Positions 1 through 12,069 of a stretch of DNA of 64,000 nucleotides are shown piece by piece. A program made the translations under genes and the position numbers. Origin of the DNA: Camelus ferus (lineage: Eukaryota); contig NC_045696.1 in assembly GCF_009834535.1 (NCBI RefSeq), forward strand, positions 121,026,001 through 121,090,000, in the 5' to 3' direction. The first letter of the stretch is position 1, and the number at the start of each line of letters is the position of its first letter. The notes beneath the pieces are model-generated. The model worked only from the letters and a program-made list of their open reading frames with translations, did not search any database and was not told where the DNA came from.

Positions 1-80
1 GGTTCCCCTGCACACCAGCTCCTCACGGGCTGGCAGAGCATCCCCGAGGCCACTATTGATGGGTGTGGGGGCCCCGGTGG

Positions 81-105
81 CCCTAACCCTAACCCCTAAC
101 CCTAA
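81..105 (+). repeat. Short interstitial telomere-like repeat (CCCTAA)4, one unit CCCCTAA
   Basis: ccctaa-ccctaa-cccctaa-ccctaa read directly. Confidence 0.7.
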
Positions 106-2164
106 TGCTGATATACTTGAGGGCCTTAGTCAGTTCTGAAGCCAGCCCAGTCTGTTGTTACAGAAAAGCAGGTTTTGTTTCTAAAGCTAAGCTTCTCCAT
201 GCTGGCAGCCCAGAGTAATTAAACTCCCAGACTCTGGCTACTGTCTCTCTCAGGTAAGCACAACTGAAAATGTTAGGGCCCGGCCTCCACAGGCCGCTTA
301 CCCTCTGTGCACATTTGATGGCGGCAGTCAGCCCTAAAATAGACACACCCTCTTTTTTTTTTTTTAATTGATAGGTGCTATTCTTAGAGGAGCTTCTGGT
401 GTACACAAAAGGAAATGAACACTTGCAAACCCCTGAACTCCTGTTGTTTTTCATCTTCCATGAAATTTGGTTGCATATTTGCTGTGTGAAATAATAACCA
501 TGTAATAAAAATAGAAAGTTTATTTATTTCCTATCTTCTGGTATTTATCATCTCCCCTATGAGTAGCAGTTTTCCTTTTCCAAGCTGACCCACTTTTCTT
601 TTTCCAACTATTTAATTTTGATAACGGCAGTGAGTGCGTCTTCTGTACTGAGAAGCTGCCCTGTGCAGAGCAGTGGGGTGGGTACCCTGGGCACAGGGAA
701 GGCCACGAGAACGCACCTGGGGCCTTTCCCAGCAACCACGCACCTTTATGTAGATCATTGCAGTGAAGCTTCATTATAGCCCCAAAAGTCAGGGTTTTGG
801 TCCAGGTGAGGAAACTGAATCACGGAAGTTTTGTAACTGACGGAACATAGCAGAGTCAGAACCCACAGCCCATCCTCTGAGGCAGCTGGCGCCCTTGTCC
901 TGCTGGACGTACCTGGAGGTGGTTCTCCTGGACCATCTTCTTCCCTATCCTCCTGCCTGCTTCCTCCCCCGCCTCCTCCTGGGCTGTGGCTGGGACACAG
1001 CCTCAGGGAGGGTGGGCAACTACTTCCTTAGGTGGAGGCTTCTGCCCTGTTCTTACGGAAACAGCTCTTCAAAAGAGCTGGGAGTGGAGTGGGGGGTGGA
1101 GCGGGGCGGGGGGGCGGGGCCGGGCAGGGCCAGGGGCAGGGGGGCAGATAGGAATTACACTGTCATTTTTACCATCACTCTTACCACATACTCAGCTTGT
1201 TAAAGGCTCTCAGACAACACCCCCCACCCCTCCCACCGGTACTCATGTGGTCAGGGCTTGGGTTCTTTGAGAAGCAGCCCTGGACAGGGAGCTGCGTGGG
1301 CAAGACACCTATTCGGGAGAGCCCTTAGTTTTGGCCCCTGTGGCCAGGAGGGAAGGGGGCAGGATGGGGCAGAGGGCCTGACGAGCCTCGCCCGACCCCG
1401 TGGGTGGTCTGGACTCCTCGGGACTGTTTGCCATGGCCACAGTGACCAGGCTTTCTCCCTCGGCCGTGATTGCTCACCAAGTGGGGGCCACACGGGAGGC
1501 AGCTATGCAGGGACCGCAGCTGGAGGCTGCCTGTGACCAGCACTCCCGGCAGCTGGGCAGCAAGTCCTGTCTGGCAGGGAGATCGGGTGGTGTGGCTCCG
1601 CCTCTGGGTGTTGGGGTAACACTGTGAAGACAGAGACCAGCCTGCTTTGTAGATTCTTAGCCAGTTTTATGGGCACCCTGAGGTCCAGAGTCATCACCGG
1701 AGAAGCTCAAGGAAGAATCCTCCCAAAGATGTGGGTCAGCTCAGCCTCAGTCAGTGGGACAGCTCTCACCCCCCTCCTGGGGTTCATGGCTGGCCTTGTA
1801 ACTGGGGCCCCAAGGAGCATCCTCTGGAGGGGCGGAGACGCAACCAGCATGTGTCCTGTTCGCCCCAAACCTCTGCCTTCGGAGGAGGAGTTTTGTCTGC
1901 CTATCTCCTGCATTTTCACAGCCAGCCCGTGACGATCCTTGTGTGGACGTGGCACTTCCGTGGGGGGGTCAGAAAGAGTACTCATCCGGGAGTCAGGACG
2001 CCACAGTCCTCGTGCTGTCTGTGCCCTTCCCTTTTGGCTCGGTGATGCGGGCCACACCAGGCAGCCCCTCGTGGCCTCGGTCTCCCCACCCCCAGGCCGA
2101 GGGACTCTGGCAGAAGGGGTCTGTGGGCCAGCTTACAATGCTGATGGTTCTGCACCACCAAGAG

Positions 2165-2374
2165 CAGGGGCGGTAAACCACGGCTCACAGGCCAAGTCTG
2201 GCCCACTGCCAGTTTTCGTAAATACAGTTTTTACTGGAACGCAGTCCTGCTCATTCATCTACCGACTGCCGGCGGCTGTTGTCAGTTGAATTGTTGCCAG
2301 CAGAGATTCTTTGGCTTGCAAAGTGTGAAATGTTTACTAGTCGACCCTCTACAGAAAAAGTTTGCCAACCCCTG
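2165..2374. mobile_element. hAT-Charlie MITE, MER58A-like
   Basis: Terminal inverted ends CAGGGG...CCCCTG, about 210 bp; internal 'ggccaagtctggcccactgcc' and 'acagaaaaagtttgccaacccctg' typical of MER58. Confidence 0.75.
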
Positions 2375-3459
2375 GGCAAATCTTTGATCGTGTGCCACCC
2401 TAACAGCTAGAGGGAGAGAGAAATGGGGCGCTGGAGATGTGCCTTTGCAGTGATTTGGGCAAAGAGGACGCCTGTCAGGGAGCTGATTCCCGAGTATTCT
2501 GCAGGAAATGGAGGGAAAGCGGAGGGTGCACAGCGGAGACCGCGCACCAGGGACAGTGTCCGCAGGGATTCCTGGCTCAGCAGTGTCCAGGAGCTGAGGG
2601 GACGTCTCTGCCAGAGTACCCGTCCCGCAGGGCCTGCGTCAGCACCTTCTTCCCCGCACGGCGGGCGGTTTAGCAGGGAGGGCGTTTGCCCAGCAGCTGA
2701 AAAGAGTGAAGGGAAATTTTGGGAGACGTGAGAGAAGAATCTCGCTCTGCTGCTGAAATGTCAGGCTCATGGAGCTGCCACTCCGTCAGGGCAAAGGGCC
2801 TGCTGGCCGGGACCACAGAAGCAGACCGGATCCTGGCCGTATCGCTGTGAGGAGCGTAAGGATACATGTGTAACATCTCTTCACATCCTGTTGTTTCCAT
2901 CTCGTTGTCAAAACACTCCCGTGGGGAGCTAGTGAGTGTTAGCGCCTCAGCAGCCTGTTCTTCACAGGTGGGAGGGACTTCGGGAAGATTGTGCCGGTGT
3001 CCAGTGATGCCCGGAACGTTTATTGTTGCTCTTCGTCTTCGTTAGTGTAAGTGCTACCTTCTCAAGTAGGCAGATATGTAACATACCAGACCCTAGAGTG
3101 TTTGAATTGGAGAAGACACTGAGGTATAAACTGAGGAACTCGGCCCAGGGAGGTGTCCTGAGAGCCCCGCAGCGGGTCAGAATAGAGCAAGTACGATAAC
3201 GCAGGTCCCCGGCCTCGAAGGCTGGAGCTTTCCCACAGACCGCCATGACACCCCTCTGTGGTCCGCGTACCTGTGTGTGTGTGTCCTCAGCAGTCCTGGG
3301 GATCAGCCCCACAGACGTCCTACCTTCCCCGGCTGAGCGCAAGCCCTCCACAGGTGAAGGACCACAGCTAGTATTCATACGACCTCGGATTTTTAATTTT
3401 TTTTCTGATACCTAAAATATTTACTTAAATAATAACTCTATTTTTAAATATTTTTAAAA

Positions 3460-3940
3460 TTTTGTTTTTATTGAAGTGCAGTTGATTTACAACGTTGGCT
3501 CCAGGTGTGCAGCAAAGTGATTCAGTTATACATACACATACTTCTTTTTTCAGATTCTTTTCCATTATATGTTATTACAAGAAATTGAATATAGCTCCCT
3601 GTGCTAGACAGTAGGACCCTGTTTATCTATTTTATATATAGTAGTGTGCATCTATTCATCCCAAACTCCTAATCTGTCCCTTACCTCCCTTTCCCCTCTT
3701 GGTAACCATAGTTTGTTTTCTATGTCTGTGAGTCTATTTTTGGTTTGTAAATAAGATTTGTATTTTTTTTCAGATTCTACATGTGAGTGATATCATATGC
3801 TGTTTATCTTTCTCTGAATTACTTCACTTAATGTAATAATTTTTTAGTCTATCCATGTTGCTGCAAATGGCATTATTTCATTCTTTTTTGTGGCTGGGTA
3901 GTATTCCATTGTGTATATATACCACATTTTCTTTATCCAG
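3460..3940 (-). mobile_element. L1 3' end fragment (5'-truncated)
   Basis: Reverse-complement L1 3'UTR/ORF2 end ('ttttattgaagtgcagttgatttacaa...atccatgttgctgcaaatggcattatttcattc'); degenerate TSD atacgacctcggatttt (3377) / atatgacctttgatttt (3941). Confidence 0.85.
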
Positions 3941-3997
3941 ATATGACCTTTGATTTTAATATCCACCTATTGGACATCTAAAAATACATGCTTTACC

Positions 3998-5365
3998 TTA
4001 AGAAACTTGAAAACTTAAGCAACTTAAACCCAAAGCAAGCATAAGGGAGAAAATAATAAAGACTGGAGTGGAAATAAATGAAATAAAGAATAGAAAAACA
4101 ATACAGGACATCAGTGAGACCAAAAATTGTTCCTTTGAAAAGATTTTTATAAGTTGATTAGTTATACTGATCAAGAAAATAGGAAAGAAGATTAAGAAAT
4201 CAGGGTTGAAAGGGGAGACATTGCTACCAACTTTAAAAGGATTATAAGGGTTTACCATGAACAGAGGTATGCCAACAAATTAGATAATTTAGATGAAAGA
4301 ACAAATTTCTATAAAGATGAAGCTGACTCAAGAAGAAAAAGAAAATCTGAAGAGGCCTATATAACAAGTAGGGCAAATTAGTCATTTAAAAGCTTCCAAC
4401 AAAGAAAAGACCAGGCCCATATTGCTTCACTGGTGAATTCTACTGAACAGTCAAAGAAGAATTAATACCAATTCTTCACATACTCTTCGAAAAACCAGAA
4501 TACGAGAGAACATTTCCTAACTCATTCTGTGAAGTCATTCTTTGATAATAAAACCAAAGACATCACAAGAAAAAAAATAATAAATTATGGACCAATATTC
4601 ATTATGGATACATGTGCAAAAATCATCAAGGAAATACTAGTATGCCAAACATAGCAATATTTAAAAAAGGATTATACACAATGACCAAGTGAGATTTATC
4701 CCAGAAATGCAAGGGTAGTTTTACTTCAGAAAAGCAGTTACGCAACACACCATATTCACAGACTAAAGGACAGAAACTATACGATCATCCCAATAGATGC
4801 AGAAAAGCAAATGGCAAAATCCAACACCATTTCTTGATTAAAAAAAAAAAAAAAAAAAAAAAAAACACCACTAAAAACAACTGGGAATACAAAGGACCTT
4901 CCTAAACCTGACCAAGGGGCTCTGTGAGAATACCCCCAGCAGCGTCACTCAGAACAGTCGTTTTGTCCTTCCGTTCATCTGTCGTTGGGGAAGCAACCCA
5001 AATGTCCATCAGCAGACGAATGGGTAAACAAAAAGTGACACATATGCACAATGGAATAGCATTCATTCATAAAAGGAGGTCCTGACACGTGCCACAACAT
5101 GGGTGAGCTTGGACGCTCAGTGAAGTAAGCCAGCCCCAAAATACTGTCTGATGCCACGTGTATGAATTACCTAAAACAGTAAAACCCACAGGCACAGGAA
5201 GTGTACTAGATGTCACCGGGGGTGGGGGGAGCAACGGGGAGTCACTGTGTAATACAGAGTTCCTGTTTGGAGTGGTGAGAAAGTTCTGGGCACAGATAAC
5301 GGTAATAGCTGCCCATCATGCATGTACTAACGCCACTGAGTTGTACACTTAAAAATGGATTAAAA
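3998..5365 (+). mobile_element. Old L1 (L1M) ORF2 fragment joined to an L1 3' end; decayed, with an A26 run at 4840-4865
   Basis: A-rich L1 ORF2 motifs ('ccaggccc...ttcactggtgaattctac', 'atagatgcagaaaagca') followed by 'cccaaatgtccatcagcagacgaatgg...gccactgagttgtacacttaaaaatgg'. Confidence 0.8.
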
Positions 5366-8300
5366 AGTTCAGGAAAAAGGTAAACAGGACATAGCCTCTG
5401 TGGTCAGGAGTTGCTAACTAGTTGAAAAGGGTGGAGGCGCGGAGGGGGAGTATCAGAAGACCTGGCGGGAAGCACCTTGGCCGGGACCCCTCACGGAGGT
5501 CGACGTGGGGCAGGTGTTCGCTCTGGGACGTCTGAGCCGGGGCGGCCAGCACCGAGCCCAGGTTCAGTGCCAGCTGTGTTAGGTCCAGCCGTGCGGACTG
5601 CCTCGGACCTCTCCTTCCCCACTGGAATGGACCTGCTACCAGGACTCTGATGTGAGGTGATGCTGGTAAGAGGCTTAGCACAGGGCCTGGCTCTTATTTA
5701 CCAAACACGGTTCAGCCGTTGCTGTGGTTGCTGTTGCTAGTGATGAACTGGGGTGAATGTGTGCAAAAGGAAGTTTCACAAAGGTGACAGACCCCAGACC
5801 TGAAATACAAGTCACAGCCCTGGGCCAGGAAGGTGGGAGGGGCCAGGATGGAAGGTGGGGGGACAGTTGACAGACGGGATGGAGGAAGGGGCAGAACAGA
5901 GGGAGCAGAATTTAGGGGGACAGACGTGGGGTGAGCGACACAGCAGAGAAGAGTGTGCTGCTGCTTTCAGAGGAAACAACAGAAACTCCAAGTCGTGACA
6001 TCCGTTTCCAGTTGTCTCCAGGGCGCCTGTTCTGTGTGCAAATGGCATGATGGAGAGGGAGGGCAAATGCGCAGATTGTTGCTCAAGACTTTGTCAGTCA
6101 CCGCCTCCTTTTCAAAACGTCTGGTCCTCAGTTCTGACACCGATGTGGGGGTGGAGCTGTGACAGGTGGCCCCTCCTCCGCTCAGGCCACTGGATGGCAG
6201 TCGCCCTGCCTGTGTTTTAAAGGGGCACAGTCCCTCCTCAGGACCACACAGCCCAGGCAGCGGGTGCGTGGGAGCAGGACATGGCTGCGGGTGACCCTCT
6301 GCTCCCTCTGACATACCGCAGGGCTGTCCACAGAGGGGCCGCGTGTCTCAGGACTTCCCAGGAGCAGGACAGAGTGGTCAGACGTTTTCTAAAACCTGCC
6401 CCCGCCGTGCACATGTCCACCACCGTGGGTGCCAGCGGGAACCGAAGGGTGAGGAGTGTGTCGGAGCTGGGCTCCCAGTCAGGGTCTGCCATTCTTCAGA
6501 AAGGTTCTGGAGGGGGCAGACTGAGGGCCAAAGGTCCAAGGTCAGGAGGGACAGACCTGGTGGCTGGGAGAGCCTGGGAGGAGACGGTATGGAGCTCCCT
6601 GCTGGAAGCCCTCGGTGCGCCTGGCCTGCGGCGTGTGTCTCTCACGTGCCTACTATTCCAAATGCCTGCAAATGCTGTTGAAATTAATAAAGAGAAAGTT
6701 AACATTGAAAAATCGACATAGAGCTGGAGGATTCATTGATTTTCTAAGACATTTGAGATGGGAGAGCGTTGGCACCAGCGCCCCAGGGGCCAGGCCCGCC
6801 GTGCAGCCTCCCAGGGCCCCGGGCTCAGGGGAGCCAGCTCTTGGGGTTTAATAGAATTCCTTATAATTTGCATTCTGTGTTTTGTGAGTGACATCTGAGG
6901 GGACAGTGGACCACGTGGCAGGGGCTAGAAGCCTGGCTCAGCTGCCTCCCTGCTGTCCTCGGACCACCACCCACTCCCCAACACCCCCCTCCCCCACTGC
7001 TGCTGCCTTCTCCTCCCAGCGGGGGCCTGGCCATGACTCCTGCAGGCTAGGGCCCTGGGAGGGTCTCCAGTCTCCTCCAGAGTTTCTAGCCCAGTCTGAA
7101 GGGAGGATGACATGGAAAAACACCCAACAAGAAACACGGGGACAGGCCCCAAGAGATGCAGAAAAACACACCAGCTCTTCTCTTGCTTTTGAACGAGGGG
7201 CCCTGCGTTATCACTTAGCACTGGACCCACAAGTCACAGAGCTGGCCTGCACATTTCTGTGTCACCCGGGAGCGGAGGAGAAATGCAGACTCCAGGCCTA
7301 GCCCACACCCACTTGTCAGAGTCTGCATTTTGCCGGGATCCCTGGCTGGATGGTGTCACAGTCGAGTTTGAGAATCAGTGGGGACGCAGGGACCCTCTGG
7401 ATGAAGGCTGTGACTCTAGCCCAGGTGGTATTAATCGTGGTGGCTGAGTGTGTTATCTTTTTCTTTGACACAAGCAACCTCTATTTGTGTTGGAAGGTGG
7501 GCGGCAGGGAGAAGGCCGGTCAGTAAGAAACACGGGAAGAGGAACCACTCTGAGCATCGCAATTTGCCAGCCCTGTTGCCCCATCCTCTGCCCTGGGCTG
7601 AGGCTTAGCGTCTTGCCAGCGATGCTGAGAGCCTTGCTGAGGGGAATCGTAGGCGGATTAAAATAAACTGCAGCTCAGGAGAAATTGTTCTGACCTTTAT
7701 TTGCAGAAGCCCTCAGGGTGGCCAGCTCTCTCTGGGAGAGATGGGGAAACAGTGCCTTCCTTTCACTCTTAGCAGAGCTGATTTTCCAGCTTGCATGTTG
7801 CTTGGCATCATGTGGTTGTTACTTCAGTACTTTTCAGGTTCTAGGAAAGATGTTTATAAAAAGCAGCCGACACAAATCTGAAATGAACCTCAGAGGCGGG
7901 AGGATGCTGACATGGAGCCGCCAGCTGGTGACAGCGAGGCTGAGGGTGTGTGACCTCCCACCAGAGGGGTGACCTCCCGAGTGAGAGCAAGGGGGCTGTC
8001 GGGACCCAGCACCTACCGGGGTCTGCATGTGGGGCAGGACTGGGAGGAGTATGCCATTTACTTAGCTCAGTGTCACATGCCCTTTACAAAGTTCGTATCA
8101 GTGACTCTGCGTCTAGGGATGGAGCCTGGGGACAGACCAGAGAGCATGACAAAGAGGATAGTATTCGTCAAGATGGTGTCTGTAGGAACCAGAAGTCCAA
8201 AGGGGATGCGTGCCCCCGAGGGGTGTACACAGGAAGGGCTGGTCTAAGAAATAAGGGAAATTTGCATTTCACCTTTTTAATTTAAAAATATAGGGAAAAG

Positions 8301-9225
8301 GCTGTACTGAGATGTAAAATGGGGTTGGCGATCACTTCCTCATTTGGTGCTGAAATCAGACGGTCACGTGTTACAGGAGATGCTGGGCAAAGCAGGAGTT
8401 CATGGCGTGGGCAACTCCCCTGACAGAGCAGCTCCGTGGGCATCATTTGTAAACAGATCTCAGGGCTCTGAGCCTTTTCCTGGCAGGATGATGCACCGTG
8501 TGGGGGTCTGAGGATGAAGGCACAGGGGGACGCTGCCCCTCCCACAGCCCACATGCAAACCCAGCTCCAACGACCCACCCCTCCCCCAGGGGCGTATTGC
8601 TTTCCAGTCAGCTCCGGTGTGTTCATGAGAGCCTCCAGGGTATCGTGGTAAAAATTATGATGCTCTCAGCAGATTTCATCACCCTGCAGCTTTCGTTAAT
8701 GGCTCTTTACCTCCTGACCCCAGCCTTGGCCTTCAGCTCTGTTCTGCTAAAGTTCAAGGCTGCATATTACCCCCTGGTCAGCATCTAGCTTCCCACTGCA
8801 AAAAAGCTAGTGCTCAGGTGTGAGGTCAAGATAAAGGGGAAGCTAAGCTTATTAGAAAAAAAACCCTTGGTTATCTAAGCAATTGCCACCCCTGCTGAAA
8901 GACCCTGGCAGGAGCTCTCCGAGAGGGTTTGCTTTTCCCCTGAGTGGAAAAAGCCCATCTTGTCACTAGTGGTGTTTGTTTAAATCATCCTTTTTGAGAG
9001 AGGCTTTGTCCTGAAATTCCTCACGCAAATTAAAGCCATAAATAACCTTGTCATTTGGAATAAATCTCTTTAATAAGCATGTCATAATTGAATTTATCTC
9101 AAATTACTGTGGCATTACCTTGTAGCAAAGGTGGCTCACTGCTGCTTTCCGACTGCCCTTGAATGTCGCCTTGACGTTGCTGCAGTGCTGATGGCCTCAG
9201 TTAAGGGCTGTGCATTGATTTTCAG

Positions 9226-9322
9226 ACACAAGGACCTTCGCCAGCTCAGCTCCAGACCTACCCACAGGACCAACAATTTTCAACAGCGCGGTGGCCAGGA
9301 CCAAGATGGAACGCATGCGGGA
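9226..9322 (+). CDS. NEK11: NEK11 (NIMA-related kinase 11) penultimate coding exon, 97 bp, phase 1 in / phase 2 out
   Basis: ttttcAG|AC ACA AGG...CGC ATG CGG GA|GTGAGT translates (D)TRTFASSAPDLPTGPTIFNSAVARTKMERMR(E), matching the recalled NEK11 segment DTKTITT...GPPIFNSVMARTKMKRMRE; splices in frame to 48823 (GA+G = Glu). Confidence 0.93.
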
Positions 9323-9474
9323 GTGAGTAGCCCAGGGCCTGACCGCGGGAGAATGCAGCGTGAGAGGGTGCGGGCAGAGGGTGATCAGTCATGTGATGCC
9401 ATCCTTTGGTCCCCAAGAAAATTGCATTTCTGCTTTCCTAGGAGCAGCAGGGAGTGGGGTGGACACAGCCCCAG

Positions 9475-9838
9475 TGGAGAGGCCTGAATCCCTGTGATCT
9501 GAAGGTGTTCCCCCAAATTCATGTGTTGAAACCCAAACCCCCAAAGGAGATGGTATTAGTAGGCAGGGCCTTGAGGAAGTGCTTAAACTGTGAGGGTGGG
9601 GCCCTCCAGAGTGGGATTAGTGTCTCAGAAAAGAGGCTTCGGACTGCTCCCGAGCCCCTTCTCTCGGGTGAGAGGGCCCCGGCTGTGACCCAGGAAGAGG
9701 GCCTCACTGGAGAGGGACCACACTGGCATCTTGATCTCAGAATTCCCAGGCTCCAAAACTGCGAGCCAAAAAGTCTGTTGTTTACAAGGCCCCCAGTCTG
9801 TGCCGCTTTGTTATAGCAGCACGGACGCACTGAGACGG
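9475..9838 (+). mobile_element. MaLR solo LTR, MLT1A-like
   Basis: 'cccccaaattcatgtgttgaaaccc', 'gtgggattagtg', 'cactggcatcttgatctcagaattccc', terminal 'tgttatagcagc...cactgagac'. Confidence 0.8.
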
Positions 9839-9913
9839 CACCTGCTACAAACTGCTGGTCAAGGAAGAGACGCAGCCTCCGAGCCTAAGGCCTTCCCTAT
9901 GACTCCCGTCTCC

Positions 9914-10240
9914 AGTTGGGGAAACTCCCTGTAAAGGGCTGCTGGTGACTGTTTCGGGTTCTGTGGGCCATACGGTGTCTGTCCCCGTTACTCAGCTCTG
10001 CTCTGGGAACATAAAAGCTGCCGCGGACAGTGTGAGTTAGTGAGCATGGCTAGGCTTTAATGTTATTTTCAAACTGCAGGTTGAATTTCATGTAATTTTC
10101 AGGTATCACAAAATATTATGCTTTTTTTTTTTTTGGTCAACCATTTAAAAAGGTTCAAAGAATTCTTATCTCACAAGATATACAGAAATAAATAGCAGGT
10201 CAGATCGGGCCTATAGCCTATATAGTGTGTGGACCCTCCT
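9914..10240. mobile_element. hAT-Charlie MITE, MER58B-like
   Basis: 'ctgtaaagggc...tgtgggccatacggt...ttactcagctctgc' plus the AT-rich insert 'gaatttcatgtaattttc...cacaaaatatt'. Confidence 0.65.
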
Positions 10241-10435
10241 ACAGATATTCCAACTCAGAAACTTCTCTCCAAAATCGACTTCCTCTGTTGGTGCTGGTGG
10301 AGTAGTTAGGAAGTCTAGGAAAAATGATTTTCACTTGATTGGCATTTATGTTCTTGCATCATCATCTAGGCTACTGTTTGGAAACAAGAGAAAAAAAAGT
10401 GCTGAAAATTATTTCCAGACCTCGAGCCGATAATG

Positions 10436-10599
10436 TGTTTAAATGCCTGTTGTTTTCAAGTCCTGCCTGTTTCTGAGTGGTCACCTAGTAACACAGTTCC
10501 CATGGCAACCAGAGCGTCCCCAGAACTGGAAGCGAAGGCGTTTGGACTTAACTCCCCCCCACCAAACCTGTCCTGGCTGGGAGGATGTTGCTTTGCAAC
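10436..10599. promoter_or_regulatory. Candidate RFX/forkhead intronic enhancer (two adjacent X-boxes, a third X-box-like palindrome, and TGTTTA)
   Basis: GTCACC-T-AGTAAC (10480-10492), GTTCCC-AT-GGCAAC (10496-10509), GTTGCTTTGCAAC (10587-10599), TGTTTA (10436-10441). Confidence 0.55.
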
Positions 10600-11499
10600 C
10601 TCCCTGCCAAGAATCTTCCAAGAGAAGAAAAGCAACTCACTTATTTCGCCCTTAAAACTTAACAATGTGATGTTGTCAGATTTTTGATTGAAGGCTTCAT
10701 TTCTTTTGCAAAGTACACAACACCTCATTTCCTAGCACATGATGACATGCTTTAAATAATTCAAATGAAAGTAATTTTGCCAAAATAAGTGACCAAGATG
10801 CGTTCCAGCGATCTTATTCCTGGTGTGCGGTTTTCCTCCTTACTGTCTGGCCGAATTTGACCAAGTGTTTTCTGACTCATCTTTTGATGTGGATCAAAAC
10901 AGTTTGGCCCACTCCCCCGTGGGTGGTATTGCTCCTCTGGCAGAATAACCCGCCATCCCTATGGTCCTTGTCGCGAAGCCCTGTGCACTCTGGAAAAGAC
11001 AGAAAGGAAGCAGGAGGCTACAGGGCTGCGTCTCTCTTGAGGATGTGTGTTTCCTCGGTGTCTAAGACTTAGCGCATAGCCGGAGAGAGGGAATCTGGCC
11101 GTTCCCTCACCGTGTGAGGGTGCACTGGCCACATCCTCAGCATGCGGACAGCAAAGAACTACGAATGACATTCGTCCCTAGGGAGGTTAGGGAAAGTTCT
11201 AACTGAGAAGCTAAACGGCAACACAGTGGCTATGTAATCTGAGGTGATGGCTAAGAAAAGTCCCCAGATAGGACTTGTGAGAGCTTCAGGGTCAGGAAAG
11301 GGAGTCAGGGATGTCTCCAGGGGGAGTGGGAACTAGGTCTTGACTTCATGGAGAGGTGGGATTTGAAGGGGTAAAGAGAAGGGGGAAGCTGGAGGCCAGC
11401 AGATTTGCAGTCTGAGTCAGTTGCACCAGATTTCTGAGCTCAGGCAAGTGAGTTCATTCTAAGGTTCCGTTTTCTCATCTGCAAAATGATCATAATGTT

Positions 11500-11890
11500 A
11501 TTGCCAGCACCAGGTCTCTGGGGCAGCAGACTCAGGGACGGGGATCACCATGCAGGAGGTCCGTGAGTGAGTGTCCTTAGGCCAACATCACAGAAAGGAG
11601 GGCAGAGGAAGCAGACTGGGCACAGGGACTGTCCAGCTGTGGCACGGCCTCAGTGGAGGCCTCAGTGGAGCTCTGCAGAGAGCTCTGAGGCTGGGGTGAT
11701 CTGCAGAGCTCCCCCGGGTCGCGGGTGAGAGGGCCAGGCCTGTACCACCCCAGGTCGACCAAGCCCCAGATGCGGGCCACCCCAGAAAGGGACTCTGACA
11801 CAGTGTTATTCAGCCAAGGCAATCCCCGCAGGCGCTGGCGGCCTGAGGGCAGACCCTTAGCGTCACCTCCGGCAGCTGGGGAGGCCTGCA
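11500..11890. mobile_element. Degenerate MaLR LTR (MLT1H/I-like)
   Basis: 'gcagactcagggac...tgcaggagg', 'gcagactgggcacaggga...ggcctcag...gagctctgagg' pattern; boundaries approximate. Confidence 0.5.
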
Positions 11891-12069
11891 GGGCCTAAAC
11901 ATCTTGGGTGTAAAACTGGTCCGTCTGAGAGGCATTCTCGCAGAAACATCAAGTGTTTGGTGCCCAGCTCTAAGGGAGTAAAGAAGGTAACTTTTTATTC
12001 AAAGAGCTGTAGGGAAGGGAACGCAAGGGGTGTGCTATAGGGATTCTAATTACATCAGGTTAATCATGT

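Noticed and set aside
1..9225. Search for the preceding NEK11 exon (DIEALARCLENVLG-like)
   Set aside because: No match found by eye; it probably lies upstream of the window.
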